NCBI GenBank assembly: GCA_951406725.2
Contig: OX597815.1
Location: 68,572,001 to 68,636,000, forward strand
Length of the DNA: 64,000 bases
Source of the DNA: Octopus vulgaris
Taxonomy: Eukaryota
Direction: 5' to 3'
Position numbers and translations under genes: made by a program. The notes under the pieces are model-generated. The model was not told the origin of the DNA. It saw only the letters and a program-made list of their open reading frames with translations, and made no database searches. Shown in pieces: positions 1 to 12,030 of this stretch. The first letter of the stretch is position 1. Every line of letters starts with the position of its first letter.

Positions 1-158
1 GAGGAGACTAGTCAATTATATCAACCTCAGTGTTTCACTGGTACTTAGTTTATTGACCCCAAAAGGATGAAAGGCAAAGTTGACCCTGGTGAAAGACAGA
101 CGGAATACCGCAAAGCATTTTGCCCAGCGTGCTAACGATTCTGCCAGCTTGCCACCTT
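1..158 (-). mobile_element. SINE fragment, Nin/Deu-domain-like family
   Basis: Reverse complement of ctttgcctttcatccttt...gtcaataaa...aagtaccag; same family at about 13570-13720(+), 22010-22170(-), 28275-28385(+), 40785-40988(-), 46588-46700(+), 53010-53165(+). Confidence 0.6.
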
Positions 159-559
159 AATAATAATAATAGCTATAATAATAATGATAGCTATGATAAG
201 CTTATTGCATAAAGTGCTCAGGTACACTACAACTTGTTGACGAAAAGGTATAAGAGGTGACAGAAAACCAATATATGTAAGTCAAGTGAAGAAAGGTGGC
301 AATGAAAGCTACAAGTACATACACTGTACACAGAAAAAAAGCACAAAAATAAAAAAAGTGAACATTAAAAGATTTACCACAGCTGGATACCCTTCCAGTC
401 ACCAACAATCACCTGTTTCCAGACATGTTTTTCATGGAAGACTGGAAATGAATGACACTGCTTATATGACAGTGACACTTTTTTACAACTATCACTACAT
501 TAATAGTTTGATGCTATTAATATTTCATTTAAATTGTTGCATGTCAACACCTGAAGGAA

Positions 560-1000
560 AGGCATGATCAGGCAGATTACAGAGTGGGTTGGGGGATGTT
601 CTGGGTATGATGGTGACTGCAGGGCTGAGAGTGTTGGACACACCAAGAGTAATGAGCAGTGGAAAGATAAGTGACTTGAGAGTGGAAGCACAAAAGCAGT
701 CAACGTTGAGGAACAGAAGCCATTACTATTGCAGTAGAAAAGACAGGCCAGAGGTTTGAGTATGTCCTAATAATTGAATTTCATTTAGTTGAATGACCCC
801 TTCTCTGGACATGGTTCAGGATGTCTGTATGCATAGCAGCAGCAGCAGCATCCCAGATATGGGAGCAGTATTTCATTGTAGGCCTCATTTGAGCCTTGTA
901 GAGTGTCAGCATTTGTTGGGGGTGGGGGGAGGCTGAAATATTTTCTTGTTCTGAAGAGAAGGGCCAGTCCTTAGGATTTGGTCCTAGCTATCACTCAGTA
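560..1000 (-). mobile_element. Degenerate CR1/Jockey-group LINE ORF2 3' fragment
   Basis: Minus strand reads ...LYKAQMRPTMKYCSHIWDAA..., the post-RT Y..RP.LEY.S.IW motif. Confidence 0.55.
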
Positions 1001-1039
1001 AGACCTTTGTCAGTTTCTCTCTAGCTATCTATTTAAAGC

Positions 1040-1652
1040 TGTATATGACTAAGGTACATCCATGCTTAAAGTTTGCATCACCTGTCTGGAACCTCTATCT
1101 TGTTTGGCATATCAATCTCCTGGAAACTTCAGAAACGTGCAACCAGACAAATACCTGCCATCAGGCATCTACCATATGCTGAACGTTTTACTTCCGTGGG
1201 CATGAACACATTTAAGCTCCAATGTCTGGCAACTGACTTGGTAGACATTGACAAGATTAACCACCATATTTTCAACAACAACCTTGGGCACCTTTTTTTG
1301 TATTCCATATGTCTAATATTCATGGACATGCTCATAAAATCAAAAAACAGGACAGCACCCATGACTTTTGGAAACATTTTTTTACGCTCAGAATTGTGGA
1401 AGCATGGAATAAACTACCTGCATTAATTGTTAGCTGTTGAGATACCAACTACAGTGTTCAAAACTTCCATGCTTCCTGAAATTTGCCAACAGTACACTTG
1501 GTGCCACCCCACTTTTTTTGTAGACTTATTCATTGTTCATTTCCTGTGCATATTCTATGTACTGTTCATGCAGTTTTGGTTACTTTTTCTGATGAGTTGT
1601 AGTGCACCTGAACACTGTATACAACAATTTCATTTTTTTTTTTTTTTTTTTT
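1040..1652 (+). mobile_element. CR1/L2-group LINE 3' end
   Basis: LQKRATRQIPAIRHLPYAER...LQCLATDL (QR/KRAT..I..LSYEERL motif); 3' end gcacctgaacactgtatacaacaatttcatt shared with the copy at 29060-29395. Confidence 0.65.
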
Positions 1653-4488
1653 TAAGTTATGACTAGCAATCTTTTTGCATCACATTCCAGTAAACAGGTT
1701 ACAACTCTTGTGACATATTCACTTGATCTTTTTTCAGCTTTTGTACTTGTATTTTGCAATAATTTCCTCTAGACACAAGGTACTCTAATTAATTACAGAA
1801 GAGAAGTAAAGTTTACTTTTATTCATAACTTTACTGCAAGCATTGGTGATGTTAAAATAAGTGAAATTACAGTAAATGAAGAGTGCAACCATTTTATGGC
1901 AATGTCTTATTTATTGTCTCCTATATTACATTTAATAACATGTTAGAATAAAGATGTTTGTGTTGAGTTTTTTCATCATCACATATTGCTGTGTGAGAAG
2001 TATGAGAAGCTTGCTTTGCAAAAGATCCTTCATCACTGAAAGAAGGAATAGGAAAGAGCATGATGGCTCTAAGTGAGAGTTTGTGAGAAGTTACAGTATG
2101 TTAGAGAGAGGGTGATGATTTTAGGTGAGACATTGATAATTGTTTGCATGTGATGTTTAGGTTAAAGCAATTTGGCTGTTTCTCATTTATTTCATTAATG
2201 AAACATTGAATATTTAACAGTCTTATTATGATTTTGTAATTAATGATATTGAACTAATTACTTCTTGCTAATAGTTGTATGACTGAAATATTTCTTTGTT
2301 AAATAAGGCATAGTTATTTATAGAGTGGCAGCTTTTGGTAAGAATATAAACTAAGTTTGTTTTGCATTTCTTCTTCATTGGCATGGGGTAGGGCAGGTAG
2401 AATATTCTAAATTCAACTTTAATTTGGGCTCTGATTGTTTTATAACAATGACATAATATTATTACTATAAAGTACCTACAACACACGTCAGTCTCAACAT
2501 CCAAACTTTTTTTGTTCTCAATTCTAAATTTGTAGATGTTGACAAATATAGGTTATTACTTAACTATATTTATATTGCTTTCATCAACAGTTTGTTTGTT
2601 TTTCATATAGTAGCTACAGTATTGTTTTGTTTTCTTAATATTTCTTTCTCTCTCTCCTCCTCCTCTCTTTATTTTCTTTCTTTCTCTCTCTCATTCACTC
2701 TCTCCTCTCTTCAATTTTTTCCTTTTATAACTCTACCTTCACCACCATCTAGTATTGGTTGATTATGATTTCTTGCTACTTTGACTTTACCTTTCCTTCA
2801 GTATTGACTCAGGTTTATATTTTCCTATATTAGCATATTTTGGATCCATTTCTAAGTGCTGTCTACCTTCAGTTTGGTCTCAGCCTTATTTCACTGTCAT
2901 GTATTCAGTTTTTGGGGTTTTTTGTTTTTTTTCACAACATAACCATAACATCAACTCTTTTGTGACTTATAGTCACACATTATTACATTTATAACCTGGC
3001 TAAATCTACATCACAAAGCCAGATGATAGTTCAGCTCTGAACAGCAGCTGGCCCTCTACAACAACAACAATCCACAATGTTATTTCCCACAGATCGGGTA
3101 TTATTATTACTCACAATTTTTTTTTATCACCAACAGCTAACACACTCATTTTAGATTACAACCAAAACAAGCCATCCAATTGATTAACACTCTATTCACC
3201 ATCGATTTCAAACTGAACATCAAACCACATCGATATTGATGATGTGCAGGGTCTATAATGATAACAAGCACAACTGTTTTGTTTTTTTTTTCAACTAATT
3301 AATAAACCAAAAAAGGCATGGACTGAATAGATTAATTAGTATATCCAAAAGGTTAGTTCTCACATGCTGTGTACTGGTCTTTGTGTATTCTTTGGGTCAC
3401 CCCTTATTCCAGTTATCACTAATAAACAAACCTTAGATTTCTCAGATTATGTGTGTTTTTTTAAAACTTTCCCTGAGGGAAAAAGTTAAAGACAGTGTAG
3501 CTGTGCTACTAACCACCACCACCACCACCACTATCATTAATATATCGTCCTGAAGATAGTGTTAGACTTTCCAAATCTGTTTTTGGACTATAATTCATGG
3601 GTCATTTATTTGCCAGCATGCATCATTTCTTCTTGTTCACTCTCTCTCTCTCTCCCACTCTCCATTGACTTTATTTTTCATATGTTGTGATGTTTCTAAT
3701 TTTCACTTCAACCCATTTCCAGTGTCCCTGCCATAACAATCATCACACCACCACATCTACAGCCACCACTACCACTTTCAGTTCTCAAAGGCTTCAAACA
3801 ATATTATTCTAGTCTTGTAATTGAAGAAATAATAATAAAAGGAAACCATGGTGACACTGGTTCATGAGTTGTTGTACTGGTTAGGGTGGTGGTGGAAGTG
3901 ATGGGGTGGTGGTGGAAGTGATGGGGTGGTGGTGACAGCAATGGGTGGTGATGATCATAGGGAGGGTGGTGACAGTGGTGGTTGTGGTGGCAATGATGGG
4001 GTAATGATGATGATGATGGCCATGACAGTGGTGGTGGCAGTAATGATGGTTTGATGATAGTGGTGGTGCTGCTGCTTTTGCTGCTGCTTTTGCTGCTACT
4101 TGTGACAATACTAACAGTACCATGACAGTAGTAATATTGCAGATAGTGATAGCACTGGAAGTGTCAGTAGTAATGATGATGGCGATGATGCTTTTGAGAT
4201 AATGGTGGCAGTGATGATGCTGTTGAGGTAATGATGGTGATGATAATAAAGATAATAAAAGAAAGTCAATTAAGTGTCAAGATAGCGTCCTTGATTGGGC
4301 TTCTTATTGTTTGTATTTACAATCAACTATAAAACACCACCAAAACATTCTGCTTTTTTAAATAATAATAATCACAACCAGAAGATTATCAAGAAGACAC
4401 AACTGTTTGTTAATGTTCATCTTGCATGTGATAATTAATGTGTGTGTACCCAACAAGTCACTGCAATATATATAGATGCATATATATT

Positions 4489-4522
<34 letters not shown>

Positions 4523-4834
4523 TATATATATCATCATCATCATCATCATCGTTTAACGTCCGCTTTCCATGCTAGCATGGGTTGGACGGTTCAACTGGGG
4601 TCTGGGGAGCCCGAAGGCTGCACCAGATATATATATATATATATACTCTTTTACTCTTTTATTTGTTTCAGTCTTTTGACTATGGCCATGCTGGAACACT
4701 GCCTTTAGTCAAACAAATTGACCCCAGGACTTATTCTTTGTAAGCCTAGTACTTATTCTATCAGTCTCTTTTGCTGAACTGTTAAATTACAAGGATGTAA
4801 ACACACCATCATCAGTTAATACATACACATACAG

Positions 4835-5010
4835 AGATGAAGGCATGTCTGTGTGGTAAGAAGCTTGCTTCCCAACCACATGGTTCCAGGATCACTCCCA
4901 CTGTGTGGAACCTTGGTCAAGTATCTTCTACTATAGCCTTGGGCTGACCAAAGCCTTTTGAGTGGATTTAGTAGACAGAAACTGAAAGAAGCCTGATGTG
5001 CATATATATA
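4835..5010 (+). mobile_element. 5' half of tRNA-derived SINE (3' half at 8698-8870)
   Basis: Matches the head of full copies (gtgtggtaagaagcttgcttcccaaccacatggttc...gaaactgaaagaagcc) and ends in the internal TA/TG microsatellite. Confidence 0.75.
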
Positions 5011-6280
5011 CAGGGGTTGGACAAAATAATGGAAGCACCTTAAAATTTCAAACAAATTTATTTTAATGTGGGGTAAGACTGCCTTTGGCAGTCATGACAG
5101 CTTGAATTCTATGAGGTATGGACTCGTACAAAGTTTGAATTGTTTCCAAAGGAATTTTTGTCCATTCTTCAGCTAAAACAGTCTCCAGTTCTTGTAGTGA
5201 TAATGGTGGAGGATATCGACTCCTTACTTGTTTTTCTAAAATGCACCATAAATGTTCAATAATATTGAAATCTGTGGACTGTGGTGGCCAGATAAGATGT
5301 TCAACTTCACTGGAATGTTCCTTGTGCCATTCAGTAAGAATTTTAGCCGTGTGAATTGGTGCATTATCATCCTGAAAGATTGTTTCCCTCTGGAAACAGT
5401 TCCGCAATCATAGGATGAATTTGATCAGATAAAATGCTTAAATAGTCTTTACTATTAATTCTGCCATGAAGGGAAACCATTGGGCTGGCGGATTTCCAAG
5501 ATATAGCCCCTCAAATCATTACAGATCCTCTTCCATGTTTAACAGTTGGAAGAAGATAGTCTGAGTCAAATGCTTCTATTGGTTGTCTGTACACGTATAC
5601 TCGGCTGGTGGTTGGAAATAAGGTAAAGGATGACTCGTCCGAGAAAATAACATTCTTCCACTGCTCTAGGGACCAATTCTGTTGGTTTTTACTCCACTCT
5701 AAATGCTTTGCAACGTTTGTTTTTGAAAGTAGTGGTTTTCTGTATGCAGCCCTCCTGTGAAATCCAGCTTTGTGCAGCTCCTGGTGAACAGTTTTTGTGG
5801 AAACTGGGTTCTCAAGGTGGTCATTAAGCTCTGCAGTAATTTTGGGAGCTGTACTTTTGTGATCTTTTCTAACAATTCACGTAAGAGTTTGACGGTCCCT
5901 ATCTGAGAGTTTTGGTTTTCTTCTGCAGTTTTGTTTTGACAAAGAGGTTCTCTCTCTTTCTCAAAGGCTGTCATTACTTTTGAGACAGTACTTCTTGATA
6001 CACCAAACATTTTGGCTGTTTTTATTATGCTAGCACCTGCCATACAAGCAACAACAATTTGACCGCTTTGAAAGTCTGATAGATGTTCCATTTTAATGAA
6101 TTTTAATTACCTTTTTCTGATGATATCTGAAAAGAAACAGCAATTTTAGCAAAACATATTAAGCAACACTATTAATAAATCAAAAAGCATAAAAATAAAC
6201 AAGCTTTTGACAGTTTTATAGATATTACAAAATTATGATGCTATGATGCTAGGTGTTTCCACTATTTTGTCCAACCCCTG
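5011..6280 (-). mobile_element. Full-length Tc1-family DNA transposon, defective transposase, DD36E spacing
   Basis: 30-bp TIRs CAGGGGTTGGACAAAATA(A/G)TGGAA(G/A)CACCT (28/30 match), flanked by TA. Transposase 6091->5063 has an HTH N-terminus, WKNVIFSDES and FQDDNAPIH...FNIIEHLW, with frameshifts and a premature TGA. Confidence 0.93.
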
Positions 6281-6299
6281 TATACACACACACACACAA

Positions 6300-7810
6300 A
6301 GTTGTCTTTTTGCGTGGCAGATGTGCAGGAACAATAAGCACTAAGAGCACATGGGACTCAGATTCTCTCAAATGCCCAGGAGGCTCTCTTCAGGTTGTAC
6401 ATAGTTTCTGCTATTTAGGTGACCAAATTAATAATGGTAGAGGATGTTCTGAAAGTATTGTTTCTAGAATAAGAATTAGGTGGAGGAAGTTCAGAGAGCT
6501 ATTACCTCTGTTGGCAACAAAAGGACTCTTTTTCAGAGTGAAAGGTAGACTATATGTGCGCAAACGGTTATACTCCATGGTCATGAGATATGGCCTTTGA
6601 ATGCAGAAGACCTGCATAGACTGAAGAGAAATGAAGATAGTATGCTCCGTTGGATTTGCAATGTCAGTGTGCATGTATGACAAAGTGCAAATGCATTGAG
6701 GGAAAAGTCGGGCATAAGAGGAATCAAATGTAGCATGCAAAAGAAAAGACTACATTGGTTTGGACACATGATGCATATGAATAGGGACAGCTGCATAAAG
6801 AAGTACCAATCACTGAGAGTGGATGGTACCCACAGAAGAGGGAGACCCAGGAAGACATGGGATGAAGTGATAAGGACCAATCTCAGGATGCTGGACCTCA
6901 TGAAGGAAATGACAATGGACTGAGATGTCTGGCAATATGAAGTTCTTGAGAAGACCTGCCCATGTCAGCAAAACTGGGTTCTAGAAGCGCTGTGTGTCCC
7001 ACCCGCACTTAACAAGAAAATTTCTCACACACTCTACCACAACAAACCAAACTACATCTCTTCCTCACATTTCCACTTCATGCAGTAGGCTTACGTCCCA
7101 CTCCCCAATTCTGTCCTCTTGGTCCTCTGCCACTGTATCATTGCTTTCCACTAGCCTCTGACCTGTGTGTTCCACTCACGATCTGTCTCACTATATCATT
7201 GCATATGCCCAGCACTTTGCCACCATCTCTATCCTGCTGTCTCCCTTTCTTTCTCTCCTCCTGTACGTCCATTAGATTGGGTAAGCATGTATTTCCTTTG
7301 TGGCAGTGCCCCTGTTTCTGTCGTCATTCCTGCTCTCTCTTTCTCTCTCTCTCTCTCCCTCTCTCCAACCGGGTAACCTTCTACCTCCTCTACGGTAAGA
7401 CAACCTGTTTCTGTCTCTGCCTCTCTATAATTTTTCATCTTACACATGATCTCCTCCTCCAATGCACCCTCCCCTTTCAAAAGAATTTTTTTTTGTCTTG
7501 CAAGTACTTGGTGACCCTACCAGTGCAGGCACCACTTAAAAGCACCCAGTCCACGCTGTAAAGTAGTTGGCATTTGGAAGGGCATCCAGCTGTAAAAACC
7601 TTAGCAAAACGGACCTTGCCTGTGCTTGTACCACATAAAAAGCACTAAGTCCATTCTGCTGAGTGGTTGGTGTTAGGAAGGGCATCCAGCAGTAAGAATC
7701 CTGCCAAAATAGTTACAGAAGTCTGGTGCGAGCTTCTGCCTGTCTGCTTCTTGTCAAACCATCCTACCCATGCCAGCATGGAAGGTGGACTTTAAATGAT
7801 GATGATGATG
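6300..7810 (+). mobile_element. Old 5'-truncated RTE-type LINE with (GAT)n tail
   Basis: [12 protein letters not shown]...RWRKFRELLPLL; RLHWFGHMMHM...[12 protein letters not shown]; ends ccatgccagcatggaaggtggactttaaatgatgatgatg. Confidence 0.85.
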
Positions 7811-8697
7811 ACGGTGCTGTGAATATATTGTCGTCTAAATTACACAAAAATGAAAATAACACTGACATCTCATTTTAACATATATATTTACCAAAATTAC
7901 ATTAAAACATCTTGAAATACTAAAGAGTAAATTCATTCAATAAAATCACCATTGGCTTCAACCATGGTCTCCAGATGACTTTGGAATCTCCTACAAATCT
8001 TCTGGACAGTCTCCTTGTTGAAGTTGGTGAATGCTGCTATAATCCTTGCCTTCACTTCATTTTTGATGTTACAAGGAATTTTGTTGGTTTCTCGCTCAGC
8101 TGCACCTAATGCATAATAATCAAGGGGGTTGCAGTCTGGGGAGTTAGGTGGCTTGATGTTAGGGGTGATGTGGTTGCAGAAATTGTCTGACAGCCATGAC
8201 TGGGTTCTCCTGCTTGTGTGGCATGGTGCAAAGTCCTGTTGCCAGACATAGGGTCTTCCAGCAGCCACCCTCTTGACCCAGGGCAGCATGACCTCCTCCA
8301 GGCACTTGATGTTGGCCTCTGTAATGAGTCTGAGGCTGTGTGGGAAGATGAATGGCGGCATAATGTTGCTATCACTAGTGATCACTCCAAACAACATAAT
8401 ATTGACTGGATGTTTCTTTCTTATCACTCTTGGTACATGTTTCGGGAACACGGCAAGCTAATGGTTGTTCTGTGTGTTCACCATTTGTTCACATTGGAGC
8501 TTCTAGTGCGAATGCCAAGCAGTAAAGCATGTTGTTTCTAAATTTCTGGTAGAATGAATTGCGTCATGGTTCTATTTTTCTCACAGACAGTGCCCAACTG
8601 ACCCTACTGTACCATGTAGTTGGTAAAATCAAAAACAAACAATGCGCGTACACAAAATTAAAAATATGTAAAGTGACAATTTACCCATTGCACCCTG
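7811..8697 (-). mobile_element. Internally deleted maT-type (DD37D) Tc1/mariner transposon
   Basis: ORF 7933..8451 WQQDFAPCH...PPNSPDCNPLDY has 37 residues between the last two Asp. Right TIR reads CAGGGTGCAATGGGTAAATTGTC next to TA; left TIR is degenerate. The N-terminus (MTQFILPE...) is joined directly to the catalytic domain. Confidence 0.85.
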
Positions 8698-8870
8698 TAT
8701 ATATGTGTGTATGTGTGTGTTCGTGTTTGTCCTCCACCACTGCTTGACAAGTAGTATTGGTTTGTTTATGTCCCCATAAAAGCATTAAGTTTGATTTCTT
8801 TTAACTAAGAGTTCTTCAAGGCAGTGCCCCAGCATGGCTGCAGCCTAATGACTGAAACAGATAAAAGATA
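8698..8870 (+). mobile_element. 3' half of tRNA-derived SINE split from 4835-5010
   Basis: tatgtgtgt...gtttgtcctccaccactgcttgacaa...ccccagcatggctgcagcctaatgactgaaacagataaaag matches the 3' half of full copies. Confidence 0.7.
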
Positions 8871-10774
8871 CATAGGTGTGTGTGTGTGGTATATGTTTTT
8901 TGGCATTTATTTAAATATATTTTCCTTTGAAATGTTCAAGCTGGTCACTAACAAACTCCCAAGGATTTAAGTCAAGAAAGCTCTTGGAATTTGTAGATAT
9001 CTGAATTGGTTAGTGTGAAAAAATGTGTGGGTGTATGCACACATGTGGCTGAATGGTTAAGAAGTTTGCTTCCTGACTACATAGTTTGGGGTTTGATCCT
9101 ATTGTGTGGCACCTTGGGCAAGTGTCTTCTACAGTAGTCCCGGGCCAACCAAAGCCTTGTGAGCAGATTTGGTAGACAGAAAGTGTAGGAAAACTTTTCT
9201 TGTGTATGTGAGAGTGTGATCCGCCTTTATTTTCTTTTATCCAAAACCAGGATCTTTTCAGCACTTCCTCGTGTCTGTTTTCCATGATGACATGAGTCAG
9301 ATGGTTGGACAGGATTAAGGGCTCGGAAGGCTGCATTTTGCTCCAGTGTCAGTTGTCGCATAGTTTCTACAGCTGGATACCCTTCCTAATGCCAAACATT
9401 TTACAGTGTGAATTGGATGCTTTTTATGTGTCAACAGCACTAGTGAGGTTACCAAGTAAGTTGCAAGATTGGAAGGAACAAGAAAAAGGAAAAAGTTCCT
9501 TCAACTGAGTGTTGGTAGGTTTTCAGAGGGAGAAGAGGTGCTAGGGACAAGCACAGATGTTTTCCTATTGACAAGATATATGGCTACCTTACCTTACATT
9601 ATATAAGGGTGGGAGTAGCTACAAAGAAAGGAAAATGGCAGTGATAGGATGCCAGAGTAAACCCTCAAGGAGAAAAAGAGGTGATACAGTCAGTGGATCA
9701 GGAGGGGGGAAAGTGATTTCACTTGTATAACCAACGGTAACGTTCTCAGCCAGGTACATCAGTTACATACTAAATAAAAATCACCCAAATGTTTGACAAC
9801 TGATCATGGTGATCATGGCAATTATAGTAATGATGTTAATGGTTATGATGTAGGATTGATAGTGGCTATTCTCTTACTGAAGATGATGATGATCTTGGTA
9901 AAGGATGATGATCTCAGTGTAGATAATAGTAATCATAATGATGTTAGTGGTGAAAAAAATTAGTGACTTTCAGCATGGTGGTGATGATAACGGCAGTGAT
10001 GATGTATGATGTTTTGTGCATATTAATTGGAATTAAGAGATGCTGATAATTGTTCAGGTATAAATACCAAGCATTTGTCCAATCAAGTGCACATGCATGC
10101 ATGCACGCACGCACGCACACACACACACAAGAATATCCTTGTTGTTGTTGTGTTGTTATTTAACCCCAGGTCTGAAATAAACAGCCTTATGATCAAATGT
10201 ATTCTAGCTATGCCCACCCTATCTTTCACTAGAGAGATGATTTAGCTGCTATTACTAACAGATTGATAACCACATAGAGGCTGTGTCTCTCTTATTGGCA
10301 TTAGTAGCCTGTAGTAGAAGTGAGTAGATGCATGATCAAATGCAATCTAACCATGCCTACCTGATCTATTTTCTTTTTTAAGATGGTAGAATGTAATACG
10401 CAAAGAGAGAGAGAATCTGGCTGCTATTTCTAACAGTTTGCACAACCACATAGGAGCTGTCTTTCTCATTGGCAGCAGTTGTTTGTAGTAGGAGTATAAG
10501 CAAAGCAATAATTCTAGATGCTATTCTCTTGCATTTCTTGCCACTGATGTCTGCAGATCTCTACAGACACACAGACATGTGATTACAAGTGGCACGTGTC
10601 ATTGGTGATTTAGTGGAACATCAAAGGAAACCAGTGACATTCTTGCAACCAATAGAAAATGAAGTTTGTCTACTGACTAGGTGTGTGTGTGTGTGTATGT
10701 GCATGTATGTATGCATATGTAAGTTGTATCTATATAGATATACATATGTGTGTATGCCATATAGAAATAACTAT

Positions 10775-12030
10775 TGATGCTATTTTAGTCAGACAACTGC
10801 AGGAGAAGTATTTAGCTAAGAATAAACTGCTATATTTGGCATTTATGACCTGCAAAAAGCCTGCGACAAATTCCCTCACCCTGTGATATGGTGGTCTCTA
10901 AGGAAGCTAGGGGTAAATGAATGGCTTATGAAAGCTGTACAAGCTATGTACAAGTGAGAGTTAGCCATGAGTACAGTAACAAATGTAATGTACTGGTAGG
11001 CAATCACCAGAGCTTAGTTCTTAAACTCCTCCTCTTCATTAATGTTCTCTGGTCCATAACAAGAATTCAAGACAGGCTGCCCTTGGGAACTACTATATGC
11101 TGATTATCTCATTTTCATGGTAGAATCTGTAACACAATTAGAAAATAAATTCCAGGTGTGGAAGCAATACCTGGAATTGAGAGGCCTTAAAGTTAACTTG
11201 GCAAAGACCAAGGTTCTAGTAAGCAGGAAAATATAGGAAACTACCCACTTCAGGTAAATGGCCTTGCTCAATATGTAGGAATGGTGTAGGCAGAAATTCC
11301 CAGTGCAAGCTATGGACATACAAGAGGTACAATGGGAATTGCAGGAAAGTTAACAGAGAAATTAGTTTTTGTATGTGGAAGATGCATAGGTGCTATAAAG
11401 TCAGGGGTCATATAAGAAATTGATTTTCTTATGTCTTGGAGGCTCCCTAGAGGTAGTAGATAGTTTCTGTTACCTAAGCAACCTAATTAGCAGTGGAGGA
11501 GAATGTTCTGAAAGTGTAGTCATTAGAATAAGAACAGAAAGGAGAAAGTTCTTCTGTTGGCAGCCAGAGGTCTTTCTTTCTGAGTGGAAGGCAGATGGTA
11601 TGATGCTTGTGTACTAATGAATATGCTCCATGGAAGGAGTGGGCCCTGAATGTAGAGGACATGCAAAGACTAGAGAGGAATGAAGCTAGTATGCTCTGCT
11701 AGATGTGCATTGTTAGTGTGCATGTATGATGAAGTACAAGTGTATTGAGGGAAAAGTTAGGTGTAATAGGAATCAGATTTTGCATGCAAGAGAGAAGACT
11801 GCACTGGTTTGTTCATGTGATGCATATGGATGAAGACAGTTGCATTAAGAAGTACCAATCAATTAAAGTGGATGGAACTTGTGGACGAGGGAGGCCCAGG
11901 AAGACATGGGACAAAGTATTGAAGGCTGATCTGAAGATGTTGAGAAGAGGAGATGACAAGGGGCTAATATGATTGGTGGTTTGCTGTGCTTGAGAAAGCC
12001 TTTCCTCTATTACAGCAAAAATGATATTCT
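10775..12030 (+). mobile_element. Degenerate RTE-type LINE (RT, PHD remnant, C-terminal region)
   Basis: [18 protein letters not shown]; [10 protein letters not shown]; ERRLHWFVHVMHMDED...GRPRKTWD; many frameshifts. Confidence 0.85.

Noticed and set aside
3881-4250. His/Ala/Thr-rich ORF resembling a transcription-factor low-complexity region
   Set aside because: Degenerate (GGT/GAT)n trinucleotide tract with no domain or convincing splice context.
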